A DNA stretch of 64,000 nucleotides from Vicugna vicugna. Its lineage: Eukaryota. The stretch is taken from contig MU058423.1 in assembly GCA_013265495.1 (NCBI GenBank), forward strand, positions 4,302,783 to 4,366,782, written 5' to 3'. Both the position numbers and the translations under genes were made by a program. Position 1 is the stretch's first letter, and every line of letters starts with the position of its first letter. This document shows, one piece after another, positions 52,491-64,000 of this stretch. The notes under the pieces were generated by a model. That model saw only the letters and a list, made by a program, of their open reading frames with translations. It was not told the DNA's origin and did not search any database.

Positions 52491-52739
52491 TTCCCAAGGG
52501 CAACTTTCATTTGTGCTTATTCACTGTCGCCTTCTGGAGGCCTTGCCCCACTTTTCTGCAAGTCCCACACATGAGGCTTAATATTGCGTGAGCAGTTCCA
52601 GTGCTGACAAATTTAGAAGCTATGGCTTCACCACCCGCCTCCTCATTTCAATCATTAACCTTTACCCAGTGGAAGATAGTAATTCCTATCAATGTTTTGC
52701 CCATAGGACCAATTGATCTTGGGTTTTCCTGGGAATTAG

Positions 52740-52960
52740 AGTATGTTGTTAAGAGATTCAGATATTGCCTCTGCCATTTTTCAGTATCACCTTAGACATG
52801 TAACTTAACCTTTCTGTGTACCAGTTTTCTTATCTGTACGATAGGTGGAAATAGTGCCTACCTCATGGAACAGCTATGAGCACCAAAAGAGGTAACACGT
52901 ACAGCATTTAGAACAGTGCTTAGAAAAGAGTAAGAATTCAATAAGCATTAAATATGATTT
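52740..52960 (+). mobile_element. MIR SINE
   Basis: taacttaacctttctgtgtaccagttttcttatctgta...gtgcctacctcatgg...tttagaacagtgct. Confidence 0.8.
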
Positions 52961-53003
52961 TCACTGACCATATACATCTGAAAAAAAAAAGAGTGAAAAA
53001 GCA

Positions 53004-53116
53004 GGGGAGGGTATAGCTCAGTGGTAGAATGCATGCTTAGCATGCATGAGGTCATGGGTTCAATCCCCAGTACCTCCAGTTAAATTTTAATAATAATAAT
53101 AACAATAATAATAAAT
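53004..53116 (+). mobile_element. tRNA-derived camelid SINE (vic-1 type) with (TAA)n tail
   Basis: GGGGAGGGTATAGCTCAGTGGTAGAATGCATGCTTAGCATGCATGAGGTCATGGGTTCAATCCCCAGTACCTCC with A/B boxes; imperfect TSD agtgaaaaagc / agtaaaaaggc. Confidence 0.93.
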
Positions 53117-55317
53117 AAGTAAAAAGGCTTTCTTGACCATCTCTTAACATCTCTAGGCCATTATTTCATTGTTATCAAATTTATAAGTTATTCCTTCTCG
53201 ATTACAAACTTTTATCCCACAAAAAGGTAAAAATCAATTACCAAACGGCCTCTCTCCAGAGTAGAGTGACAAAACAACACGGGCAAAATTAGCACAGGTG
53301 GTTCTTTGCCTTCTGATCTAATGCACTTCTTGCTGCAAAACAAAAAAATCCTGTACTGCTTTGGAATAGATGCCAGTGAAGACAGGAACATGAGATGGAA
53401 AGGTGCTTTTCATTACATGGCTTCCAGTGAGAAGAATGTAATAAAAAGAGAGCAAAAGATTGGGGGAAAATGTCAAAAATTAGATACTCATAGCCATTAA
53501 CCATCCTAAACAGGCAATAGACAATTGAGTAATTAATTCATAATCAAAATCTACAAATGAGGTTTCTATTCCACATGCACTACCTAATCACTGCATTTGA
53601 AAGCTGTCTGGGGAGGAATTCTTGCTTCTAGGTGTAGGGAATAGTAAAAGAACGTGATTGTCAAGGAACTCACTGAAAGAACTTGACTACCATGCTGAAT
53701 ATTTTCCAAAATGCCATGAGCACATTTCTTCTCCAATAGGGGATGTAATTTATCAGTTGTTAAGATTGATTTTCTCAGTACAGTCCTTTTAGGATGGGCT
53801 TTGAAATCGTGCACATTGCATTTCTTTTTTAAAACCATTATCAAGGATGCTTGCTTAAGGTCCTAAAATTTTGAATACCATCGAGTGATCCAAAGGCTAG
53901 TCCCAGTGGGCTCCTGAGTTTAATAGACTCCATATAAAAGAACAATCATTTTAGAAATATTTAAGCTCAATGAAATTATTTTCTGAGACTATAAAGTACA
54001 ATAAACAGAGAAGAGCAAATACTTAAAAGTAATTAACTAAATCTCTGACTGCCTAGTAATATTTCTTATCTTTTATCTCCAGGGTTTCGTTGATTTATAT
54101 AAATCTGAAATTGAAAGTTGTTACTCTCACATAGGTCTATATGCTTTAATGTTTCCATAATCTCATATTGATGGATTTTAGGTAAAAGCATCAGTTATAC
54201 CAGAGACAATCTTGAAACAAAGGTAAAACATTGTTAATGGTCTTTCAAAGAAAATGCAATTAAAATGATAAAAAGTTAATTAAAATTATATTATTATCCA
54301 TAAAACAGCAAAAAACACACATTCTAATGAGATTTGTGCATAAACTTCATTCTAAATAAAATGAAGTCCGATATTTGAGCTTCCAACTTTAATTTGCTCC
54401 TCTGTAGTCTGAGCTATACGCATTGCCATTATCAGATAATGTCTATGCAGCTGAATGCTATTAGTACTCTCCATTTTGACTAGACTATTATATTATAAAA
54501 CATGAGATTGGGCAATTTTACATCTACTCCTTTTAGTGATTCTGACTAGTAAGTAGGCAATCAATGGTGATTACAAGATGCAAAGCATTCCAGAGTAGAA
54601 AGAAAATTAAATTTGGCTCATCGCTTCTGTTAACTATACAAATATAATATCTTTAAGATGAGCAGCAGGCAGACTTTAATATAAATAAATATACCATTTA
54701 AGATCCCAAATCAGCAACAAAATTTATGAGACCACTTCAAAATGATGATACATTTAAAAGGAGATTATATTTTCAAAGGAACTGCTCTCTTTAAACTGTT
54801 AGCAATATAGGCACATGGTGACACTAATTAGTGGGTGAGAGAACACAAGAAAATTTAGTAAAAGGAAAGGGAGAAACCAGAGAAGGTATGGAATCCAGAG
54901 CTTCTGGTTTCCATGGAAGTAGAGAAAGGTATGCAGAGAAAACCCGGTTTAAGCATAGCCATTCGAATGTTTCTTTAAGCATGGAGTACAATCAACATTT
55001 TGTTGATGTTTTTCCACCTATAAAGAACTCCATTCTGCAATAAGTGTCCTTTATATGTTGTTTTTTTTGGATCTGTACTTGCCATCACTTGAAAAGATAT
55101 TATTACAGTAAAAAGGATCTGACCTTGAAATGTTTTAGTAGCTAGGAAACGAAGAAGGTTACATATGGTGGCCCTTTACTCTAGTCACCTTGACTCAACG
55201 GCAGTTAAGACCAGATGTGACGAACCCTGGAATTGGTCTGTTGAATGTTCACACAATACCAGGCTGCTAGCCAGAGTTTCTGAAATAAGAGGCCTTTTCT
55301 ATTCTTTCCTTCCACAG

Positions 55318-55366
55318 GAAAACCATCCAAAGTACAAATTACCCACAAATAGATGGGAAACACCTG
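55318..55366 (+). other. Candidate 49-nt internal exon
   Basis: Strong acceptor ccttttctattctttccttccacag| and donor CTG|gtaagt, in unique sequence. Confidence 0.35.
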
Positions 55367-56154
55367 GTAAGTCTCTAGACTGATTTTGAGGCTTCCCAAT
55401 GGAAAGGTCAATCTATGGACTAAGTCCGTTTCTTCTATGTCAGCCACACATTAATTTCATTTCATCCTCTTTGCCAGCAGTATGCCTGCCACAGCTTAGC
55501 AGTGTCCAAGATAGTGGAAAAGAAACAAACATCACTGGGCCAACTAACAGATACTGGGAGCTTATCCTCCTCCAGTCTGCACACCAACTTGGCCGGAACT
55601 AAACAGGCACCACCCAGGGGTGAAGCTGTTTACTCGTCTGTCCCTCTGTGTAAGGCTCTATAATTTAACAAGTGGTGACGTTCTCAGAATTGTAATTAAT
55701 TTGGTACTGGATGGTAACTTAATGAACTAATATCACAAGGAGCTAATGACTGAACCGTGTGAGATGAATTAGCTCTAAGACATAATGAATAGTCCTAGAA
55801 AAAAGTACAGATTCTGATAGAAATACATACAGAAATGTACTCGCCCTAAATCATTTATCTGAATTAACAATCATTTACCGGTGGTAAACGGCAATCCGGA
55901 GTTGAAGTCAGGCTGCTTAACTCCAAAGCCTCTTCACTTGACCTTTGCACTCCAAGACACCCTGGAAGGCCAGATCCAGGACTGAGAGGCTGCCAGTGGG
56001 AACAGTGCTGGGCACCTCTGGCTGTTTACACCAGTACCTGAACTTACTAACTACAATGAACTTTTGTGGTCATCATCTTGGCCACCATGGTCATTGTATT
56101 CATCTTTTATCATACAGGTAGTTTATGTGTATTATCTGTTTTAAAAATCTGGAA

Positions 56155-56440
56155 GTGGATATAGAGAATGAACTATGGTTACCAAAGGGGAAAGGGCAGG
56201 GGAGGGATAAATTGGGAATTTGGGATCACCAGATGCACATTACTATCTATAAAATAGATATACAACAGGGACCTACTGTACAGCACAGGGAACTGTATTC
56301 AATTTCTTGTAATAACATGTACTGGAAAAGAATCTGAAAAAAAAATACGTGTATGTATATGTATAACTGAATCACTTTGCCATACACCCGAAACTAATAA
56401 CACTGTAAATCATATGTTTCCATATAAAACAATTTTTTTT
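56155..56440 (+). mobile_element. Short L1 3' UTR fragment (cetartiodactyl-type) with TSD
   Basis: atggttaccaaaggggaaaggg...cctactgtacagcacagggaact...ataactgaatcactttgc; TSD aatctggaa at 56146-56154 and 56441-56449. Confidence 0.9.
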
Positions 56441-56454
56441 AATCTGGAATATTA

Positions 56455-56610
56455 GGGATATTTGTCTTTGTTCTACAGGTGAAGAAATTGAGGTTCTAAG
56501 AGTCAATACTTTGTCTTACATTTAATAATTACCAGAAACTGGTTTCAAACCCATCTTTATCTGACCCCAAAGTCCAAGCTCATGCCCACTCTACCACAAT
56601 ACCTCCTTCA
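56455..56610 (-). mobile_element. MIR SINE
   Basis: tacaggtgaagaaattgagg...tttcaaacccatctttatctgaccccaaagtcc. Confidence 0.7.
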
Positions 56611-57269
56611 TCCACTGGAAATCAAAATATGGATAACACATTAAAAGTTATCCATCGCAGGAAGCACTCACTCCATGTGGTACAAGGAAAGCTAACTCAC
56701 TCATTCTTGAAACTGATTAGTAATTGTACCATGGGGCTGTGATCTCTGCCAAGGCCAACCACTGAGTCAGATGCAACTACTCTACATTTCAAGGCTCTGA
56801 GCATTAAAGTAATATGTTCAGTTTTTGGCAGGCCTAGAAAGAATAACTCACTTTTCTGATACTGTTTAAAAACCACACTCCTATATAATGCCTGATTTGA
56901 AGATCACAAAAATCCATCAGGAATCTTATTATTATTATGCCATTTTAAATATAAGGAAATCTACATACGGTCAAAAATAAAAAGGAGAAGAAGGTGGGAA
57001 ACAGAATTTTAGAGCATTTGCTTCGGTAATGTATACAGAGTCAGTAATTCAAATTCTACTCTAGTAACTCCATCTTTCCAGAACCCTAAAAATGTCCAGC
57101 TCCCAGCTACGCTTTACCCTGTCTTCAGCCTACTTATCTCCTGGAGCCCTCTCTGTTCCTCCACGTGGGACAAATCCTGCAAGGACTGCAGACTTCCCTG
57201 GAGTCTGTCTGATGTAGACAGTCCAATGGTGGGTTGACTGGGACCTGAAGTAAAGGACACTGTACTTAC

Positions 57270-57314
57270 CTTTTCCGTCCACAATAATACTGGCACCTTA
57301 TACGACTGTTAGGC
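57270..57314 (-). other. Candidate 45-nt exon, within a cluster of exon candidates at 57118-57585
   Basis: Minus strand: cattcttatttctgaacatccctag|GCCTAAC...GGAAAAG|gtaagt, a perfect donor. Confidence 0.35.
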
Positions 57315-58859
57315 CTAGGGATGTTCAGAAATAAGAATGTCTTGTGATATTTCTTAGGGATTCAAGCTTTCATAACTGTTTTACAAGTGCTTGTAAAACT
57401 AGTACAATACACAGCAAAAATCCAGCAAAAATAACTCAGCAATAAACATCCAGCAAAAAATAATAATAAAAAGAAACTACACATTTTAGGATTAGTAGCA
57501 GTATTACCACACTTCATACTCAGTTTCCTCAATTTGTATTCCATATTTTACCTTCTTGAAGAATTCTAGGACCAGTCTTCGCTATCTTTACAAATAAACC
57601 AAATTCCCAGAGACCACAGAACAGTGTTTCTTTAGGGAAAAAAGAAAAGAATCACTTTTCAGGGTTATTAACATATTCCCATGGGTCTACAGAGCACAGC
57701 AACTCTGAGGGAAAATGCATCTCCTTCCTCTAGAAGAGAAACCACCACATTTTTTTCCAGCCCCCTCTCAGAGGATCCGCATCATTTCCAATAGAATTCT
57801 TAGTAAATGCGGAAATACACGACACTATGACTTATGTAAAGGAATCACTTGGGACTCCAAAAAGAATGTTTTGAAGCCAGAAAAAGTCTTAAAAAGTTTC
57901 TGTGAACTGTCACGGCATAACAAACTTCGGAGAAGTGGGAAGGGAGGTAAGATATTCAGGGATGAGCTTCACCACTCCCCACAGAGCAGAAAGCACACTA
58001 GCACCTCCACCTCTAAGCATTTTTCCAACAGCTGCTTCTTTCAGAGCAGACTCTTTTTCAGAAGTCCTCATTTAAAGAAAAATGAAAACAACTCTGTAAA
58101 GTACTAACACATCATAAACTCTTGCAGTACAAATAAGTCGCTCAAGACAGACGGGATTAAGAGCCTGAGAGGGCAGCAGAGGAATCCTCTCCTTCCAGCC
58201 TTGGTATTGCTTGTTGTCTTTTATTTTCAAAGAAAGCATACTTAATGAGAAAACGATATCAAGTGCATACGGAGGTGGCTGAAAAGGCCAGTGCTGGATC
58301 AACTGAGGGCATGCACGGATCGAGCACAGAACTGGCTGTCCTTTACTCAATTAGTAGTGAGGCCACAGATCCAAAGTGGGGGCAGCTATCGAAAGGCCCC
58401 TTCTTCGTTTGTAACATTTCCACTCTCCGAACTTGCTGCCAGCTCAAAGTCTTGCCTCTGTATGAGCAGTTCTGATCTGTCCAGTACCTTGCTGGGCTGG
58501 CTGGGCAGCTCTTTCATCTAGCTTCGAAGCCAGTCTGAGGCTTTGTCTCATTGCATCCTTGGGCTTTTTTTTTTTTTTTAAAGAGTCATTGCTCCACTGA
58601 CAGCAGTTACTTGGATGTCATGAGCAATGATCAGCCCAACAGAGACGCACTGGGGAAGCAATGCCTCCATGCCTGATGGGCTGACCATGGCACACGACCA
58701 CATTCATTACCCTTTGGTCTGGCCACTATGTTCACACACCCGTGACACCAAAGGATACTCTTCCCTGGCTGATAGCGATGTTTTTGGTTGATCCAGGCCT
58801 TAGAGCCTCATCCGAATTAGAAAACTATTAACATCTAAAGATAAAACCACCCAGAGCCA

Positions 58860-59015
58860 TGCTTAACTTCCCTGAGCCTCAGTTTCCTTATGTGTAAAAC
58901 TAGAATAGTTAGAACACTATCTGCCTCATGAGTTTATTGTGAGGTTATTGTAAATTACTTAGTCCAGTGACTGGCGTGCAGTAGTCACTTAGTCAATGAC
59001 ACTAATTATTATTGT
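58860..59015 (+). mobile_element. MIR SINE
   Basis: cttaacttccctgagcctcagtttccttatgtgtaaaac. Confidence 0.85.
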
Positions 59016-59821
59016 TGTTTCTCAGCTTCTAGAAAGATGTGATGACTCCAAGTGCCTGTGATAAACTAACATGGGAATTAATAGCCATTGCAGGCGTGAG
59101 TGTCTGGCTTTCTGTAAACACACAAGGAGTTCACTGTAACCAAGGTAGAAATTTTCGCTGGCGTGTTAGGTCAAAAGCAACTAAATAAATGGATTTTATT
59201 GTCCACAAAGTAACGATGAAGTCTGACCTCATAGATGTAAAATTTTCTGGCATGTAAAAAGCAAGCACTGATCAGTGTTTCAATACTAAAAAAAGATCAA
59301 GAAAGTGAGAGAGAAGAGAAAGAAATTAATGCCTAAGCTCAGATGAGTTATCAGTGAAAGGGACAATGCTGTTTTGTCTTGGAGGTGTCATTTCAATTTT
59401 GCCTTTAGAAAAGAATCCTGGACTCAAGTTTCATCTAGCAAAAAAAATTGTAATGTTCTAAAGTTGATGCAAGAATAGCTTATACGGATTGTCTGATACT
59501 TGCGTAATACTTGAATAAGAACAAAGGACCCATAGATGACCTACTGTCTAGAAGGCATACAAATAGGTATTCTTTAAGAAACTACTAAAGTAAATGTCTT
59601 CATTAGTCTTGGATTCTGGCTTCAGGTAATTCAAGAAGAACCAGTTAACATCACTGAAAGATGACCTGGGAGGATTCATGTAACGGTATCATTTCATGAT
59701 GATGTTCTGTTGAAACTCCAGTGACAAAGTCTCTTTGAAAGAGATTTAAGAAGGAAGCAAGTGTACCAGATATAAATAAATTATAATGGAGAGTTTCTGA
59801 CGCTGAAAAAAATAAAAGTCC

Positions 59822-59823
59822 GT

Positions 59824-59856
<33 letters not shown>
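59822..59856. repeat. Compound (GT)n(GA)n microsatellite
   Basis: Seen directly. Confidence 0.95.
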
Positions 59857-60214
59857 TCAGAATGCTTGTCTGCAACTTGAGCCAGAAGTAACTTTAGTCA
59901 AAAATTCAAAAATATAGACATATCTTGGTCTATCTGGATGCCTGCTGGAACAGTTCCAACACAATTGATTTGCTCGAGGGACTGGGAAGCTAGCTAGGCA
60001 AGAGTGAATCCTAAGGAAGGAATGATAAGGCACATAAACATAATTTAAGGTTAGTGCCATGGAACATAAAGCCAAGCACTTACTGCTTAAGGCATCCTCC
60101 AGCTCATGACTGAGTCCTGGGGAGAGGAGCGCTCAGCACAAACTGAAAGGGAGGATTAGAACCTCTGCACTATCCTAGACACCTGGGCCAGTCTGGTCCG
60201 GGTACTCACGTAAC

Positions 60215-60400
60215 AGTTAATAGTGGCCAACATTTACTGAGCCCTCCCTCTGGACCAGGTACAACCCTATGAGGTAAGTACTGTTGTTGGCCACACTTTA
60301 CAGATGAAGAAATCCAGGCAAAGGGAGATTAAGTACTTGCCCGTGGTCACACCATAACCTGACAGAAGGGCTGAAACTCAGGGTCTGTGGAGGAACCACA
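60215..60400 (-). mobile_element. MIR SINE
   Basis: acaaccctatgaggtaagtactg...tttacagatgaagaaatccaggcaaagggagattaagtacttgccc. Confidence 0.85.
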
Positions 60401-60859
60401 CCCTCACTCGGAACCACTACAGCTCAGGGAGCAAAATCTTCAAGTGGAGAACTGGGTGTTCCCTACTACCCAAAATATACCAAGGCAGCTTTGAGGATTC
60501 GGGATTTCTGGAGACCACAGCAAGCCACTGGTGCTTCCTGGTTAACAGTCCCCTTGACTCCGTGTTTGCGTGGAGACACTAAGAGTGGAGGCAGCTTCAG
60601 AGGCATCACAGGTCCCCACAGCGTCATCACTTCGGGAAGTTACAACATGCAAGGAGGAAGCCCGCTGACAGCCTCTGGCATCTGGGAAGACTGTGAGGGA
60701 ATATCCTTGGAATCAGGAAATCTTTACAGATTGATGAAGGACACACAGTAACAAATGGGCAGACAGTGAGAGAAATATTGTTCGCTACCCTGTATTTCAC
60801 CCCTATGCAGACGTGGCCAGGAGAAACCACTTTAGGTGATAAGGGAAGTCAAGGTGCCA

Positions 60860-61115
60860 GAAACGCGGCTGGGTAGGAAACTGCCATTTGTGCGCCTGCT
60901 GCGTGCTGCGCCCTGCGCGCTGCACTCTGCACCTGTACCAGACTGCCCCGGAGGCGTGCACATCTACGCGTGTTTTATTCCTGAGAAACAAAACTTTTGT
61001 CACATTAATGACAAAATTCTCTTACACAATGAAAGAGGGGAAAAGGAACATGAACACAACATTTGTGTCAGACGCAACGTTTTACTTCCTGACTGTGTTA
61101 ATGATTGTATTTGAA
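60860..61115. promoter_or_regulatory. CpG-enriched candidate enhancer with tandem TGCRCNC motifs
   Basis: Local CpG cluster; TGCGCCC-TGCGCGC-TGCACTC at 60907-60927; ETS-like acttcctg and HNF1-like gttaatgatt at about 61084-61106. Confidence 0.35.
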
Positions 61116-61299
61116 CAGCAGGGGGGAAAGAAAAGACCTAAAACAGTGCATCACATTTAGCGTTCAACATCTGGGATCAATTCAGTCAAATTAAGACTCA
61201 CAGAGTTCACCAGGACATCATGGAGGTTCTTTTGTGGTTGTTCTACAATATAGCCATCATATATTACATCTGTATATACTACATAATTGACACTGGATA

Positions 61300-61530
61300 A
61301 AAAGTGGCTTTAAAACAAAACAAAACCAGACTCCTGTTCAAATTCTGCCTCCTCTCACAAGCTGCATAACTTTGAACAAGATACTTAATCTCTCTGAATC
61401 TCATTTCATTTGTCTATAAAATGCAGATGACATTTGCCTGTCTCAAAGCATAAATGTGAGGTTTATATCAGACAGTGCTTGGCAGGTGCTTAGGACAGTA
61501 CTGGTCCCACAAAGCAAAGGTCTGCATGTT
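61300..61530 (+). mobile_element. MIR SINE
   Basis: gttcaaattctgcctc...actttgaacaagatacttaatctctctgaatctcatttc. Confidence 0.8.
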
Positions 61531-61789
61531 ATTTCTTTAGTCTATGGTTGTCCCTGGTGGGTATTTGAGTAATTACAATGTTAATTATTTGGAAGGAATT
61601 CTATTTAAAAAAAAAACAAAAAACCTCTGGATTATTCAAATTTCTTTATCAGTAAAGCAACTGAGGATAAAAAAACAAAATCCCAATTTTATCTTGATAC
61701 ACATGAGAACCTCTTGGGATAGAGAGATTTTGTCTGCCTGATACACACCAATGTCACATTTTCCATATATAGAAAAATATATAACCAAC

Positions 61790-61970
61790 ACGTATTGACT
61801 ACTTACATCATGCCAGGCTCTGTGCTAATTTGCTTTCAGCATCTAAATTAATTCCCACGAAGGAGAAAGATAAGGTTTACATAACATACATATCTTGCTC
61901 AGAGGCTCACAGCTAGTGAAGTGATTTAGCTGGGATTCAAACCCAGATCTGTTTAATTCCAAAACCATGT
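61790..61970 (-). mobile_element. MIR SINE
   Basis: tcacagctagtgaagtgatttagctgggattcaaacccagatctg. Confidence 0.8.
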
Positions 61971-62409
61971 GTGAAGCCTTAATCCATGTTGTCTTCACTC
62001 TCCAAAAAGCTTGTAGAAGCATTTACATATATTTTTACACAGAAACTTTCACTGAAGACAGGCAAGTTTTCTTTGTTTGTTTTTTTAATTTTTCATTCCT
62101 TTTTCCTTTGTCCTGTGAACAGGTGCCTCTCACCTGCCTTTGACCTATCAGATGGGTGTAAATATCTCGTGATATCCTATGGCTGTGATATCTGCTGATC
62201 CCAGAACTGACACTGAGTGCCCCTTTCCGAAGTCAAGCTCTTACCCAGAATCTTTGACCAGTAAAGGGAAATGGCTAAGTTTTCCAATTTCACCCCATTG
62301 ATATCTTATGTTCTGATTAAATGGTAAATTAGTGTTTTCCTTGGGACAATCTTCTTTTATTAGAGATACCCTCTGGGTCTATGGACTGAGTGGCAGTAGC
62401 AGTAGAAGC

Positions 62410-62620
62410 AGTAATCAACATTTATTAAACATTTACTGTATGCTAGGTACTATACTAATTGATAAATATGCATTGTGCATTTACTGCCCACTGTAACCTT
62501 ATGAAGAAAGTGACGATCACACAACAGGCGAGAAACTAAGCCTCGGAGTCTCAGAGCTAACAGTTTGCAGAGTTGGGTCTCCAACTGGATTCTTCCCGAC
62601 ATAAACATCTATATTTTTAA
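62410..62620 (-). mobile_element. MIR SINE
   Basis: aacatttattaaacatttactgtatgctaggtact...gagaaactaagcctcggag. Confidence 0.7.
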
Positions 62621-64000
62621 GCACATTAGGTTCGGCCTCAGTTATAAAATGTGAACCAGGATGTTATTTAATTTCTCATTATTCCTGCATAATTAAATGA
62701 ACATACTGCAATCCTGCAGCTTCTGTTAAATACCATGCAATACCTCAGAAGAAAAAGCAGACAGTAATCCAGCAGGGAGCACTTAAAACTGCAGCATTCT
62801 AGGCAGGGAAACAGAATCAAATCCCATTTAGCAAAGTCTTCTGGGACCAACAAATGTCTGACCATAGAAACTACCCAAACACTGCTTCTCAGGGGACCAC
62901 CCTCTTGATGAGGTACCTGTGTCATAAGGGTGTAGAGAGGGTGAGACAGTCTGACAGCCGGGAAACTGAGACTCATTACTTTGGAGATGACGGTCAATCA
63001 CCAGAATTAGACAACAGTGACCAATGAATGCATGTGGGTGTCCAGAGAAGCAACAATTTTCTTGAAAATATGTTTCTTAAATCTTAAATCTCCGTGCCAA
63101 TGGAGTCCTTTTAAGGACTGATGGCAGTCCTTTTAAGGGACAGCAACCCCCAGAAAGTAAGCCTCAGTTTAGGGGTTTATATCCTCAAACTCAGACTGAT
63201 TAGATCGTCAGGTTAGGTTAGGAGCTGTGTCTGACTGTAACACCTTAGCAACTGCATACACATGAGCTTTTCCTTGCATGATGCCAATACATCTTCAGGG
63301 ATCCATGCATCCTCTCTTGTGTGTCATCCCTTGTGATCCTAGGCACCTTTCTATAAAACAGGTGGCCAACATTAGAGTAAATTATTTAGCCTATAGGAAT
63401 GGGAAGAAGTTAACTCGCTTATTAGGGATCAAATCCATAACTTTGTTCTCTAATAAAAGCATCTCAATACAACTGGGAGAAATTGTTCAAAATTCTCATG
63501 TAAATAATACCTGTATTCTATAAACTCTCACTGCTATTTTCAACAGTTCTATCCCCATTCTTTCATAAGATGACTTCTTTCTCCTATCCAAGGGCTTATG
63601 CCTTAATCTGACATAATCCCAAACTGATTCTTCCAGGATTTTATCCCTACTTCACTCTGTTTCTATCTTACCTAACAAGCCAGCAAAAATATTCTCTGAT
63701 CTTAAAAAATTAAAAACAAAGCCTTTTTTTGGTCCTATTACCCCCAGAGATACCAATTTCTCAGTCCATTCACATCTTTCAAGAACAATGTTTATTATTT
63801 CATTTGTGTTATGAAACCAGCTTCAATTATTGAAAAATCAGCAAATACAGTTAAGCCAAAGGATGAAATTATCACCCTCATGCAACTACATCGATATAAC
63901 CTATGTATTATTTTAGGATACAGCCTTCTACCTTTTATTGTAAGCATATGAATGCTTTTAAACAAAAAGTAATCATTCTGATTTACACTGTATCTTACTT

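Noticed and set aside
53004..53077. tRNA gene (also the copy at 8989-9148)
   Set aside because: The tRNA-like head is followed by an A-rich tail and TSD-like flanks, with no proper acceptor stem; these are SINEs.
59692..59808. Box C/D snoRNA (atgatga...ctga), or a minus-strand exon with an acceptor near 59802
   Set aside because: No recognisable guide or C'/D' boxes. The acceptor is strong but the nearest donor (CAG|gtcatc) is weak.
1..64000. CRISPR arrays, operons, rRNA or mitochondrial inserts
   Set aside because: No regularly spaced direct repeats, gene-dense segments, or rRNA/mtDNA-like sequence was seen; the DNA is mammalian nuclear.

Overview
Mammalian, AT-rich, repeat-dense genomic DNA, very probably from a camelid, because two copies of a tRNA-derived SINE match the camelid vic-1 type. 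No complete cellular protein-coding gene can be supported. The only long ORF (222-1184, minus) is a frameshifted LINE-1 ORF2 reverse-transcriptase fragment. The window reads like a large intron or gene-poor regulatory region. It contains L1 fragments of several ages (some with clear target-site duplications), HAL1/L1-ORF1-like DNA, L2, many MIRs, hAT-Charlie MITEs and solo LTRs (ERV1-, ERVL- and MaLR-like), separated by unique blocks with no recognisable repeat. The unique blocks hold several small exon candidates on both strands, including a 32-nt microexon, a tight exon cluster at 57.1-57.6 kb and a terminal-exon candidate with tandem AATAAA. They also hold a decayed-ORF island at about 33 kb and a CpG-rich patch with tandem MRE cores; a perfect 17-bp hairpin lies next to one LTR. 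I could not name a host gene and found no convincing novel multi-gene system. Repeat family names were assigned by eye and most old-repeat boundaries are approximate.
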